DNA of 64,000 bases from the human T2T-CHM13v2.0 reference genome, Homo sapiens (GCF_009914755.1 NC_060926.1), one strand, 5' to 3'; counted from the stretch's first letter, positions 41,551 through 62,207 are shown. Numbers and translations: made by a program. Notes: generated from the letters alone by a model not told the origin.

Positions 41551-43841
41551 CTGAGTTCTCCTGCTCCTACGGCCAGCTGGCGGGGCTGGGCAACGGCACG
41601 GGCCTTGCCCCCGCGCACTGCTGTCTGTCTCTCCTGTTTTCTTCTGATTCTCTTTTTCACACTTACTCTTAGTGTTTCTTTTTCCTTTGCTCTTTCCCAG
41701 TTTTGTTCCTTGGTCACAGTTAACATACACCTTGGTGGCCACTTTTATAGACTAGGTGGTATTCATGCCTGCAGCTTCTGCTTGATGTTACCCTGGGCTT
41801 GCTTTACAAATAAAATATTCAGTGCATACTGATTTTCAGCAGCCTCAGGGTTAAGTGGGGTATAAAGCCAGAATGCTTTATAGAGTCTCTTATAAAACTG
41901 ACTTAGGCTCTTGTCAGCTCCTTGAAGGATTTCTGAAATCTTTTTTATATTACTTGCTTTTTTCTACCAACTTTTAGACTCTGCAGAAGTGCTTCTCAGT
42001 ACCTCTGCAAATGCTGAAGCTGAATTGCATTCTCTGGGTCTTTTTTTCCCTTTTTTCTAGAGTTTAACAGGCTCTTTTCTTTATACAATTTTTTATGCAC
42101 TTGGAGGGTTAAACAGGCATACCCAGAGTCAGTGTAAATGTTTACAAGTCTTACCTTCACTGAGTTCTAAGGCCCGAATTAAAGCAATGAGCTCAGCTTA
42201 ACAACAGTGTCCAGGGTTACCACCGCATATTCTGCACCTCTCTCTCCTTGGGGGTTGATGAAGCTGTTCCCGTCCACGTATAGCTCCCAGTCTATTGATG
42301 CCCAAGGCTGGTCCTGGAGGTTAGGTCTGCTAGAGTAAATTTGAGTCCAACACCTCTACACAGTTATGCTCGACAGGGCTTTAGCTGCCGGGAGCAAGGT
42401 GGTGGGTTCAGGGTGTTTCCAGTTTAGTAGATCAATGGTTGAAAAGGGCTGATAGATGAAAGTCTGTTGTCCCCCCCAACCCCCCGGATGTGGGCCTGGT
42501 CATTATAATAGACAGGTCCTCGTGTCTCCCTGAGAGGCATTTGCATAGCCTCTCAGATCTGAGATGGCCCACTTGACTATCTTGATTTCCTTCCTTGGTC
42601 TCTCGAAGCTCCGATCCTCCCCTTCAAGGTAAAACCTGGAGCGTGTTAGCTCCTGAATCTCATTTCTGAGGGGGTTGTTGGCCTCAGTAAAGCGGGGTAG
42701 GCTGGGATATATGGAGAAAGAATTTCTGTTATCTCTGGCGGCTCCCGCAAAACTGGCTTCTCTTGCTGTTTCTGGGACTCCCTTTTTAACTCTGTCTGCC
42801 GGCGAAGCTGCTCTTTTACTTTTGGCTTTTTTGCAATAAGCTGTTCAACAGGGCTAAATTTATGCTGGTTTTGCCTATATTATATTTAACCATGAGTCAA
42901 TATAAAGGAATTTGATCTAGGTACACTGGCTGCCCTCTGACCCCTGTCACCACCTTAAATACATGGCCAATAGTTCCCTGTCTATAGTTCCTTCGGTGGG
43001 CCATCTAACACCAAAAGAGGGCAATTCTAATTCACACAGAGTTCTTAACCTCTAGGGGGTTAACTTAACTCTATAATCTCCCACAGAACCTTTCCTAAGG
43101 TTCTGTAACATGCATTTTAATAGAGTAAGTTTTGATGCTTTGATGACTTTCCTTTTATTTTTCTTTTTGAAATTTTTTAACATAGTTCCTAGCGGAGTGG
43201 GCTTACTTTGTGTCTGACCTATTTTTCTCTTGAAACAAAAAAAATTCACACTACAAGAAGGAAAGGGTAAAAGGTCACTCACTCGTCTAATTCACACTAA
43301 ATCAAAATCAAAACTAAAACCAAAGTGTTGTTAAAGGCACACCTGTTCGTCAAGCAATTTATGCCAAGTCAAAATCAGAACCAAAACCAAAGTACCAATA
43401 AAGGCATGCCTGTTTATCAAGCAATTCAAGTCAAGTCAAAATCAAGGTTAAAACCAAAGTATCAAGCAATTCAAGTCAAGTCAAAAACAAAAACCAAAGT
43501 GCCAGTACAGACACGCTGTGGGTGATCAGGCCACGCTTCCACTCAAACGGAGTGGGCAAGTTCCAAAGACCAGTCTTACCAAGTTTCAGATGTCCGGACT
43601 CCAAGTGCCTGTTCCTTCCCGGTGTTCAGCCACTGCGTTGATCCTCCACCGGGGCCTGCCACGCGCTGCTCTGGCAAGGCGTTCCACTGGGGCAAATGCC
43701 TACCCGGGAGCACTCTCAGGATCCGCATTGCTCAAGCCGGAGTCCCCCACAGGGATGCTCTACAGAGCATGCATAAGCTGCCTAAGGGGCTACCTCGACC
43801 GTCAGTTAATCACCTCATTTCCCGGTCAGGGAACCAAGAAA
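41308..43841 (-). mobile_element. Harlequin / HERV-E-related internal fragment (leader, gag pieces, RNase H piece), 3'-truncated
   Basis: Perfect 18-nt tRNA-Glu PBS TGGTTCCCTGACCGGGAA (43819-43836). Gag MA GQTQSKPTPLGTMLKNFKK, RNase H piece WELYVDG...AELIALIRALEL (~42110-42420), and zinc-knuckle remnant CARCKKKGH*KGKC (~41325-41370). Confidence 0.88.
43298..43510. repeat. Degenerate tandem repeats (TCAAGCAATT...AAGTCAAAA...AAAACCAAAGT) in the HERV-E-type leader
   Basis: AAAACCAAAGT occurs 4 times and TCAAGCAATT 3 times. Confidence 0.75.
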
Positions 43842-44328
43842 TGTAGCAGGACGAGCCACAGACGAAACTCCTCAGACACCGAATTAAAGAAGGAAGAGGT
43901 TTTTATTCGGCCGGGAGCATCAGCAGACTCATGTCTTAAGAGCCGAGCTCTCCGAAAAAGAAATTCTTGGCCTTTTTAAAGGCTTACAACTTTAAGGGGT
44001 CCATGTGAAAGGGTCGTGATAAATCGAGCAAGCGTGGGAAATGTGACTGGAGGCTACATGCATCAGCTAACAGAACAAAAAGTTTTACAGCGCTTTTTTC
44101 ATACAGTGTCTGGAATTTACAGATAACACAGGTAGTTTAGGTCAGGGGTTGATGTTACTATTATTACTTTTTTTAACTCCTAGGGCCAGGTGGTGGTGCC
44201 AAGGTTGTCTGGCTATTTATCTTACTTTTGTTTTTTTCCAACTTTTTGCTTTTTATCTCCTCCTGTCTTGTGAACTAGGCAAGGTGGGGGGAGGAGGGCA
44301 GCAGGAGTAGTAGTGGTCTCCTTCCTTA
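43842..44328 (-). mobile_element. LTR2-family (LTR2/LTR2B) 5' LTR
   Basis: Minus strand TAAGGAAGGAGACCACTACTACTCCTGCTG...CTTTAAAAAGGCC...AATAAAAACC...TCCTGCTACA, followed by the Glu PBS. Confidence 0.92.
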
Positions 44329-44886
44329 AGACTAAGGGCCAGCATGCACACTGGAAGAATGGGGTGGAGCCACCAGGAATTCATGCCTAATGCTGGAGAG
44401 GAGCCACGCCTTTTCAACTTGCATGTGATGGCCTTGTATTCAATTTGTGAGGTGGATACCTGCATATAGGACCCTCCTTTTGCTTAATAAATTCCGCCCT
44501 CCTCACCTTTCTTTTCTTTTTTTTGAGACTGAGTCCTGCTCTGTTGCCCATGCAGGAGTGCAATGGCATGCTCTTGGCTCACTGCAAAACTCTGCCTCCC
44601 AGGTTCAAGTGATTCTCCTGCCTCAGCCTCCTGAGTAGCTGGGACTACAGGCATGTACCACCATGCCTGGCTAATTTTTTGTATTTTTAGTAGAGATGGG
44701 GTTTCACTAATTTGCCCAGGCTGGTCTTAAACTCCTGACCTCAAGTATCTGCCCACCTCAGCCTCCCAAAATGCTGAGATTACAAGTGTGAGCCACCGCA
44801 CCTGGCACCATCCTCACCTTTCAATGTTTCTGCGTGCCTAATTTTTCTGGATTTAGCTGAACCAAGGAACAAAAAATTCTGCATCA

Positions 44887-45320
44887 TTAGTTGTGCTGGC
44901 TTCCACTTGTGCCTGCCAGTATCCCACATTTACATTTAATCTTGGGTTCCCAAAGACAGGAACCCCATGAGACCAGGCCACACAGTGCTTCCACAGCACA
45001 CCTTTCTGTAAAGACATTCCCCTGAGGCTAGTGGGCAACCCAATGCAAATCAGCCCACTCTGTGATCAGCTCATCTTCCATCAGAGTCTTAACCATTGGT
45101 AGTGAATGTTCCCACAACCTCCAGGTGTTCAAACCTGCCTTTTAATCTAAGTGCGTAAAGAACAAATAGCCCATTGCAATAATAATCATTCACTACAACC
45201 CTGTCAGCCACTTTCCAGGTTTTGCCAGTGACTCGTCAGCCACTGCACACGCAAAAGTCAAGTTCTCTCTCATAGTAAAAAGTAATTCCTGGTACCCCAA
45301 AAGCCAAAGATCAGGTACTA
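44887..45320. mobile_element. Probable ERV1 (MER4-group) internal fragment
   Basis: Resembles MER4-group internal sequence and is the target of the LTR9-like insertion. Family unresolved. Confidence 0.4.
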
Positions 45321-45453
45321 CTTTTAACAGCTCTTGGCCTGGCACAGTGGCTCATGCCTGTAATCCCAGCACATTGAGAGGCCGAGGCGGGCAGATCACC
45401 TAAGGTCAGGAGTTCAAGACCAGCCTGGCCAACATGTTGAAACCGTGTCTCTA

Positions 45454-45657
<204 letters not shown>

Positions 45658-45766
45658 TTACAATTTTGTTTCCTCCGTGGCAATATGAATTGCAATTTGT
45701 GAATTAAAAACATTAGAATTTGAAAAAATTTTGGCTGGACATGGTAGCTTATGCCTGTAATCCCTA

Positions 45767-46114
<348 letters not shown>

Positions 46115-46149
46115 CTATATCCTTTGTCTTTCCTCAATTATATTTTATC

Positions 46150-47280
<1,131 letters not shown>

Positions 47281-47295
47281 GTGATGCCCCATTTC

Positions 47296-48604
<1,309 letters not shown>

Positions 48605-49899
48605 CACAGCATATTCCCAACTCCAGCTCCCTCCTCTCCACAAGAATGTAGGATACCCATCACTCCCAGGATCAGCTTCCTTGAGCCCAATCCTCTGTAA
48701 CTCACTGAGATGCTATGAAGTGCCTGGTAGGTGCCACACTGTGCCACAGTCATGCTCCAAGACAGTGTGGAGTGAGGGCCAGAGGGCCAGGAGGCAGGAT
48801 TGGTTTGGAGACATTGCCTTTCTTCAAACCTCAGTTTCCTCTTAAATCAAATAAATGATTGCAGAAGATAAGCTCATATTAATTCCATTTCTAGGAAAAA
48901 TCTGTGTTCCAAACAGTAGCACTGACTAATGGAAAGTACAACTGGCTGTTTCCCTTGAACAGTGGGTTTATTGTTGTTTTTCCAATTATAAAAGTAATAA
49001 GATTATTTGTAAACTATAGAACAGTAGAAAAAGTTTCTTGAATGAGATTTGGTTTTCAATCAGGGCAAATAAAGACTTTTCTGGGATTAAGAGGGCTGTT
49101 TCTTCTCCATTACTTTATACGGACCCGTACTGGGGACTTGTCAGCTGTTCAAGTACAACGCACCCAGTTTTGGTTCTGTACCAGGATTAGGCCTACAATA
49201 TTTCAGAATTCATATACAAACCCCAATAAAGTGTTAAAGGAGATGACTGCCCTATAACCTATGTTTTGCTGAATGTTTACTATGAGGTTTTTTTTTTACC
49301 ATCCTCATGAGTATGGTATTGTAACTGAAACTCTCCAGGAAAATTCCTCTGCTTAAAACTAAAAATCAAGTGTATCTCAGGAAACTCTACTGTCCCATCT
49401 GAAATGCCTCTGTTGTGTGTTGTCTGCAAAGGTGGAGTCTCCCTGTTTTGTTCAGGCTGGTCTCGAACTCCTGGGTTCAAGGAAATCTCTCTCCTCACCC
49501 TCCTGTGTAGCGGGGACTGTAGGCACCTGGCTGTGGTGGATACTATTAAGCCAAATTCCAGTCAGCATCCTCTTTTCAATGAAGTTGAAAGGAGAGATGA
49601 TGAAACTGGCAGTGTTACTGAATGGGAAATAAAGGTGGGAATACACATTGTGAGTGAAGACACGGAAGTAACTTCTGCAATACAACCTTGTAAGAGTCTT
49701 AATGCTACACTCCTTTGTTTATCAAATGATGTACCTTTATCGTAAGGGAAGAACCTGGGCCATTCCCTCTGGTGTTGAGAGGCAATTTGGAAACTCTGCC
49801 ATTTCTTAGGACTGAGTATTTAATATACTATTTTGTGGAAATCTGAGAGGCAGAAATGGGATTTAATGATCTCAACTGTCATCCATCTAAAAAACCTAA

Positions 49900-50223
<324 letters not shown>

Positions 50224-50451
50224 TGAGTAGTGGGATTACAGGTGCGCACCACCACGCCTGGCTAATTTTTGTATTTTTAGCAGAGACGGGGTTTCACCAT
50301 GTTGGCCAGGCTGGTCTCAAACTCCTGACCTCAGGTGATCTGCCTGCCTCAGCCTCAGCCTCCCAAAGTGCTGGCGTGAGCCACGGCTCCCAGCCTACTA
50401 TTCCCCTTTTAAAACAGGAACCAACCCTGCATTTAATTTTATGAAGTCTGA

Positions 50452-50632
<181 letters not shown>

Positions 50633-50654
50633 TGAATTTTTGTATTTTTAGTAG

Positions 50655-50804
<150 letters not shown>

Positions 50805-51170
50805 TGAACAAAATTTGTGTTATTAAAAAGAAAGTAGTCAGGTACGGTGGCTCATGCCTGTAATCCCAGCACTTTGCAGGGCTGAGGCGGGTGGATTGCC
50901 TGAGGTCAGGAGTTCGAGACCAGCCTGGCCAACATAGTGAAACCCCATCTCTACTAAAAATACAAAAAATTAGCTGGGTGTGATGGCGGGCACCTGTAAT
51001 CCCAGCTACTAGGGAGGCTGAGGCAGGAGAATCGCTTGAACCTGGGAGGCGGAGGTTGTGGTAAGCCACGATTGCACTCCAGCCTGGGCAACAAGAGTGA
51101 AACTCCGTCTCAACCAAACAAACAAAGTAGAAAAAAATAAAATTTTCTCTGTCTCATTATCCAAAGATAA

Positions 51171-51612
<442 letters not shown>

Positions 51613-52713
51613 TAATCATTTGGCTTTATTATAATGAGTTTTTCATGATTACAGTACTATTTCACAGTACTATTCTCCTATAGTTGAGTGTTTTAGTATC
51701 ATTTTTTACATTATTAATAATATTGCAATTGGTATTTTGGTACAGAAAGCTTTTATTGTACTTAGAATTATTTCCTTAGGCTAGAGTCCCAGAACAAAGA
51801 TCAAAAAGTACAAACATTTTTAAGGTTCTTGACACTTTAAAAATGACTTTCCAGCAGGGCACGGTGACTCATGACTATAATCCCAGCACTTTGGGAGTCC
51901 AGCAGTTTGAGAGCTGCCTGGGCAACATAGCAAGAACCTGCCTCTGTTATTTAAAAAAAAAAAAAAAAGATTTAAAAAATTACTTCCCAAAAGCATTTGC
52001 TAGTATACATGCCCACTGGCAATATAAGTCTCTGTCTCTTGTAATTATTTTTTGAAAATATCTGCAATTTATTGGGGTGGAAGATTTTCTGAGGTGGTGT
52101 CATATTTTGGGATGGTGTGTCCCGAGCCCCAACAGAACATATTCTGAATCCAAAACCTCAAAATTGGCTAAGACCCAAAATGTTGGTCATTTGCATTTGG
52201 CAGATTAAATGAAACAAATCACCTTTCCCCCACTGACAATTCCCCATCAGGGATCACCAAGGGCCAGAAAAAGGCCAGGGACTCTGGTAGAAGTCGGGTA
52301 CAGTGAGGTCATCGCAAATGGCTTTTTTCCGGGCTCTGTCACAACCTGGGAGAATATTCCTAGGGATGACAGAGCTGGGGAGGGCACACCCAGATTCTGT
52401 TTCTTACCCTCCTTCCGGCACTGCAGGTAAGAACTGTGGTTTTGATCTGTAAATGACTTGATGATGAACATCTCCAGTGGAAGTGGGCAGTCTAGGCCGA
52501 GGCTCACTAGGGGAGAGAGGCAGGCCTGAGGGAAGGTGAGAGGCACCAATGTCAGCATGACAAAGGATACTCCTCTGTCGCAGCAAGGCTTGGCAAGTGC
52601 CTCCCACAGCAAAAGGCTTCTACAAAGCTGGCAGCATCCAAAAGTCAGCATCAAACTTAAGCAAACAGAAAGAGGTTATTTAATTCCCTTTAACTAATGT
52701 GTATCTATATGGG

Positions 52714-52762
<49 letters not shown>
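52714..52762. repeat. (TA)n(TG)n(TA)n microsatellite
   Basis: Seen directly. Confidence 0.95.
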
Positions 52763-52764
<2 letters not shown>

Positions 52765-53176
52765 ATGTTAAGAGGGGTTATTTCTGAATTTCTGAGATGA
52801 TGAGTCATCTTTATATTCTTCTTTATACTGGTATATTATTTGTAAATTTCTAAAATAAACAACTACCATTTTCAAATTGAAAACATCCAGACTCCATAAA
52901 TCATTGTAAAAATACTTTAAGTGAAAACTCAATTGGAAGGAAATTCTAGTTAAATATGGCAGATGAAACATCAGAATTTATTTCTTCTTCCTACTTGAAA
53001 CATCACTAATGTTAACAAAAGTATTAAAGCAGGCATAAATCCAAAAGACAAAGAAATAGGAGAAAGAAGATGACAATAGCTTGGAGATGTCCACAAAGTA
53101 GAGGAAGCCAAAAAGTAAGGCACAGAGAACTAGCACTACACAGAGAAAGCTGCTGCTGGCCAGGCGCTGTGGCTCA

Positions 53177-53623
<447 letters not shown>

Positions 53624-55248
53624 TTAATAAACATTTGTTAATGATGCTTAATAAACATTTGTTAATGAGTGGGTGAAAGGGTAAAGGAATGGCCTTCCAG
53701 TTGGAACTGAGGCCTCTCTGGTTGCCCTGTTGAGAGGGCACATCAGAAGAACCTTTCCACATTGAGACATTGAATCTGTGCCCCCAGGGCCAAGACCACA
53801 TTATGGTACTGGCACTCAAGGGCTAAATGCACACGCACCCCGTGTTCAGTGTCAAGCCTCCCTTGGTGTGGCTGCTGCTGCTGCCCCCTGCCCTCAGCCC
53901 ATAGGAAGAGCCCAAGGAAATGGCTGGGACAGAGGGAAGAGGAACAGCTGGGGCTGGGAAGCAAGGATGAAACTTGGCTGACTGCACCTTCAGTGCAGAC
54001 CTCTGCATGTGACCCTGTTCCTAAGCCCAAATGCACAGGGGCCTTGAGCATCTGTGGACGGGACACCACGGAAGCACGCACGCCCCTCTCCTTTCCTGCT
54101 GGAGGATGGACCTCTCTCTCCCAAGCCAGGCTTCCCTGCCTTCAATGATTCTGGACGAGCACTGCACCAGCCACTTGCCCTAGGGAGGGGATTGTTTCAC
54201 AGACCCTTGACACCTAACAAACAGTCCTGCTCCCACCTAGGGGGACCCACATTTATCAAATACTGTCTTTAATTTACACTGGTTGCATTCTCTCTGCCAG
54301 CCTGTGAGGAAAAACCATTTTCCCAGTCTGAGGAAATGGAGGCTCCGATAAGCTAAATAACAACCCCCAGTCCAGTCTCTGCACCTGGGCCTGGCAAAGA
54401 TTCCTCCGAGAGCTTTCCAGATTCCACACTTGCTGACTGTGGCTTCCTCTAGGCAGGGCACTGGCTAGCCCTGGGGACACTCAAAGGTAAATGGGCCTTG
54501 TTTTTTCCTTCCAGGAGTTTGCTTATCTTAGAAGAGACTGGAAAGTAGCCAAGTGGCTACAGAGCACGAGTCAGAATAGGGTCACTGTTGTAGGAGCACA
54601 AAGGAGAGAAAGAAATTCAGGTAGGGCTGGCAGGAAGAGTTCAGGGACCTTTCTAAGGAAGGAGAACTCCTGCTGACTCTTGGGAGAAAGAAGGGCTCTC
54701 CAAGCAGTTTGGCAAGGAAGTCCATCCGGTGCAGGGGGACACACATCAGTCATGGTCAGCTGGGACAAGCTGGAGGGCAGCCTCAGAGGCTAAGGGCTGG
54801 TAGGGCAGGGGCTGAACCTTAGGCAGCTTCCCTGGCAGCACTTGTAGTCCAGCTTCTAGGAGGCAGAGTCTGGGTGGGAACACCTGAGGATGAGGAGGTA
54901 TTAGAGCAGAAACCAGAGCTGGGCAGCGGGAACAGAGAGGAAGACCAACAGGAAGGACACTGCTGAGGGAAAGACAGAAGACTGTGGACAGGGAGAGGGC
55001 AGGGGAGAAAGGCCCAAAGGAGGCCCTGCCTTCGGGCCACCAGGAAACAAGAGGCACCCTATCCTGTTCTGTAGTGGGTGGGTTTTAAAGCTCTGTGTGT
55101 TAATTTCCTATCCAAAAGTCCTTTTAAAAAATAGATCATAATCCCAGCACTTTGGGAGGCTGAGGCGGGTGGATCACCTGAGGTCGGGAGTTCGAGACCA
55201 GCCTGACCAACATGGAGAAACCCTGTCTCTACAAAAAATGCAAAATTA

Positions 55249-55477
<229 letters not shown>

Positions 55478-55714
55478 TCACCTGAGGTCAGGAGTTCGAG
55501 ACCAGCCTAGCCAACATGATGAAACCCCGTCTCTACTAAAAATACAAAAATTAGTCGGGCATGGTAGCACACACCTGTAATCTCAGCTACTCAGGAGGCT
55601 AAGGCAGGAGAATTCTTGAACCCGGGAGGCGGAGGTTGCAGTGAGCCGAGATTGTGCCACTGCACTGCAGCCTGGGAGACAAAGCAAGACTCCGTCTGAA
55701 AAAAAAAAAAAATA

Positions 55715-56112
55715 GACCAGTGAGTGGATAAACAAAATGTGGTATATACATACAATGGAATATTATTCAGCCTGAAAAAGCAAGGAGATTCTGACACGTG
55801 CTACTACACGGATGAACGTTATGAACATTGTGATAAGTGAGATAAGCCAGACACAAAAGGACACATCCTGTATGATTCCACTTACATGAGGTCCCTAGAG
55901 TAGTCAAATTTGTAGTGATAGAAAGTAAGATGGTGGTTGCCAGGACCTGAGAGGAGAGGGGAACGGGAAGTGAGTGTTTAATGGGCGCAGAGTTTCAGTT
56001 GGAGAGTGTGAAAAAGTTCTGTGGATGGGTGGTGGTGATGGTTGCACAACAGTGCGAAGGTACTTAATGCCACTCAACTGCACACTTAAAAATGGTTAAG
56101 ATGCTACATTTT
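55715..56112 (+). mobile_element. L1MB-type 3' fragment
   Basis: TGGATAAACAAAATGTGGTATATACATACAATGGAATATTATTCAGCC... Confidence 0.85.
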
Positions 56113-56547
56113 AGGCTAGGTGCGGTGGCTCATGCCTATAATCCCTGCACTGTGGGAGGCTGAGGCAGGTGGGTAGCTTGAGCTTAGAAGTTCAAAACCA
56201 GCCTGGGTCCAGGCACAGTGACTCATGCCTGTAATCCCAGCACTTTGGGAGGCCGAGGCAGGTGGATCACCTGAGGTCAGGAGTTCGAGACCATGCTGGC
56301 CAGCATGGTGAAACCCCGTCTCTACTAAAAATACAAAAATTGGCCGGGCATGGTGGTGGGCGCCTATAATTCCAGCTACTCAGCAGGCTGAGGCAGGAGA
56401 CTCGCTTGAACCCAGGAGGCGGAGATTGTAGTGAGCCAAAATCATGCCATTTCACTCTAGCCTGGGAGAAAGAGCGAGACTCTGTCTCAAAACAAACAAA
56501 CAAACAAACCCCACCAACCTGGGTAACATGGTGAAACCTTGTCTCTA

Positions 56548-56814
<267 letters not shown>

Positions 56815-58418
56815 CTAAGAGTGATGATGCCATCCACCCAGACAGGAAGCAGACCGGGTGAGCGGGTTTGTGGGGAGAGATGAGGTCAGCTCTCAGAGGT
56901 GACAACGCTCCTAATGATCAAACCCTCAGTAGAGGCCCACTGTGCCCGCATGGGAGGTGCTTTGCCCCCACCTCCCTCAGCCTTGCAAGGTGAAGGCTCT
57001 TGCTTTCATTTCACAGGGAAGCTAACGGTGTTTAGCCAGTATGACCCAGATTTGTCCAGCCCACTGTGCCTGTCTGGGTTCGGGTGCTGAGGGCCATTCC
57101 TTGTGATGCGGCCAGCAAGCAAGGGGCGACCTGGAGCTGAGAGAGGAGGTGAGAGTCAGAGGAGCTGCAACATTTCCTGCACTGAGATCCTGGTAAAGCC
57201 ACAGGCATGGCTTGGCCCCCGCAGGAAGGAAGCAAGAGGGAGAGAAGGGGGAAGCCCTACATGTAAGACACTCTCTCTACTGAGTCCTGCCGATCACAGC
57301 AGCTCCTCCTGGAGAAATGTCCACCCCAGTGTCGCCAAGTTAAGACCTCGGCCTTGCTCAGCACCTGCCCAGCAGCTGATGCTAGGACCTCTGCCAAGCA
57401 TGAGGAGAGGAGCCAGCTCAGAGTGACTCATTGTACATCAGCCTGGCTCCATGGATCCGGATCAACGCCCTGGACCTCACCTGGCAGTGAGGAACCAGTG
57501 GGAAGAGAGGTGCGTGCTGGACTCCACTGGACAGCACGTAGTCTCTCGGTGGAAGCAAAGACACCAGCCTTGCACCGAGCCAGCCCAGCCAGGGAAGAGT
57601 GGAGAGGAGGCAAGGCTGGGGGCTGGTGGGTGACTGTGTAATTCCCAAGCCAGGTGAAAATCTGTACAGGTTTTGAGGAGGAGGTCACTTCTCAGCTCCA
57701 AATAATAGAAGCATCCAGAAGGAAATAACCAGAGGCTTCTGCCAATTGATCTGGAGACTGGGAAAAGGTCCCACAGTTATTAATAACCTCTGTGTTCTGG
57801 GAACTGATTTCATGCACCAGACAAAGGGATTAAAAAGTTGCTGGTGAAGGCAAAGTGGTTTCAGCCAAAGCTCTCCTTTCTGTCTCCCAATAAATGAGCA
57901 TTTTTCTCCACAGAAACCCTTAGAGCTGATTGGCCCTTTGACAAATCTGGTGAGCTGGGAGCTGTGTGGCTGATTGGCATATTTTGATAACCACTCTGTC
58001 GTCGTGAAGCACTTTCTTCCGGCAACCCCCATTTCACTCGCTCTGAGTATGGGGGTGAAAACAGTTGCTTCTGTAGCTTCTGAAAAAAAGCTGAGGATGG
58101 AGCCCACTCCTGGCCTGAGCCCTTAGAAGCATGTCCTATAGGAATCCTGGAAGAGAGACACTATATTAATTAATCCTTCAAAGTTAATGCAATGAACTTC
58201 AACTCGTACAACAGAGTTGTGGTGATGCTGTTACACAGCTGCCCTTCACAGGTATTGGGCCCACTCAGTAAGGGGATACAAATAAATAGGTTAAGATCTG
58301 AGAGACTGTTAGAGAGACGGCTTCCTGTAGAGACAGTGTTAGAAACCACAGTCAGGGCTGGGCACGGTGGCTCACGCCTGTAATCCCAGCACTTTGGGAG
58401 GCCAAGGCTGGCGGATCA

Positions 58419-58688
<270 letters not shown>

Positions 58689-58923
58689 TCAGCACAGTTA
58701 GTTTGCTCACTTACTAAACTATGAGCAACTTGAAGGAAGGGTAAGTGTCTCACCCATATCCATACCCATATCTGACAGTGCCCATCAAGATTAGCTGCTT
58801 TGTAAATTAATAATAATTGAATGCTGTTGTGACATGGTGTTATTTCAAAAGACAACCAGCCACTACTTACAACTCCATTCCTGTGATAATATATTTCCTG
58901 GTCTCAGCCAAGGAGATAAGAAC

Positions 58924-59922
<999 letters not shown>

Positions 59923-60200
59923 GAAGTATCTCTTGTCTTTGTTCCCACCTGTTCCCATTGGTGGGATCCCCAGTCCCCAAGCACAGTCAGGAGCAGATCT
60001 TTGCCAGGCTCTGTGACTCACTCACAGCCCAACACGGGTCAAGTTCACAGTTCGTCTGTGCACTCAGCACATGCAAAGGTAAATTATTCTTTCCTATCCC
60101 TATTCCTGCAGCCCCTTTGTCTACTGATATAAATGTTGACCAGAGATTTTCTAACTCCCTCTCAAAGCCTCCAACCTAAATTACTGTAAAAGATGCTTAA

Positions 60201-60464
<264 letters not shown>

Positions 60465-60596
60465 TAGGGTAGTATCGAACTCCTGACCTCAAGTGATCTG
60501 CCTGCCTCGGCCTTCCAAAGTGTTGGGATTACAGGTGTGAGCCACCGCACCCGGCCTGATAGTGCTTTTATTCAAACACAATTGGGTTTTAATTCA

Positions 60597-61810
<1,214 letters not shown>

Positions 61811-61878
61811 AAATAGGCCGAGGCTCAGTGGCTCACGCCTGTAATCCCAGCACTTTGGAGGCCGAGGTGGGCAGATCA

Positions 61879-62207
<329 letters not shown>

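Larger units (their letters stand above)
41176..44886 (+). mobile_element. LTR9-like (MER4-group) solo LTR in two parts (41176-41307 and 44329-44886), split by a Harlequin/HERV-E element and an Alu (44508-44806)
   Basis: TGATAGAGG...GAGTGGC | AGACTAAGGGCC...AATAAATTCCGCCC...CTGCATCA. 4-bp TSD CTAG/TTAG. Confidence 0.8.

Noticed and set aside
43819-43836. tRNA-Glu gene (and tRNA-Ile at ~40169-40186)
   Set aside because: Only the 18-nt 3' complement next to an LTR is present, so these are retroviral primer-binding sites.
57685-58107. 140-aa ORF in unique sequence
   Set aside because: GTG start, no recognisable homology or promoter context; the length is compatible with chance.
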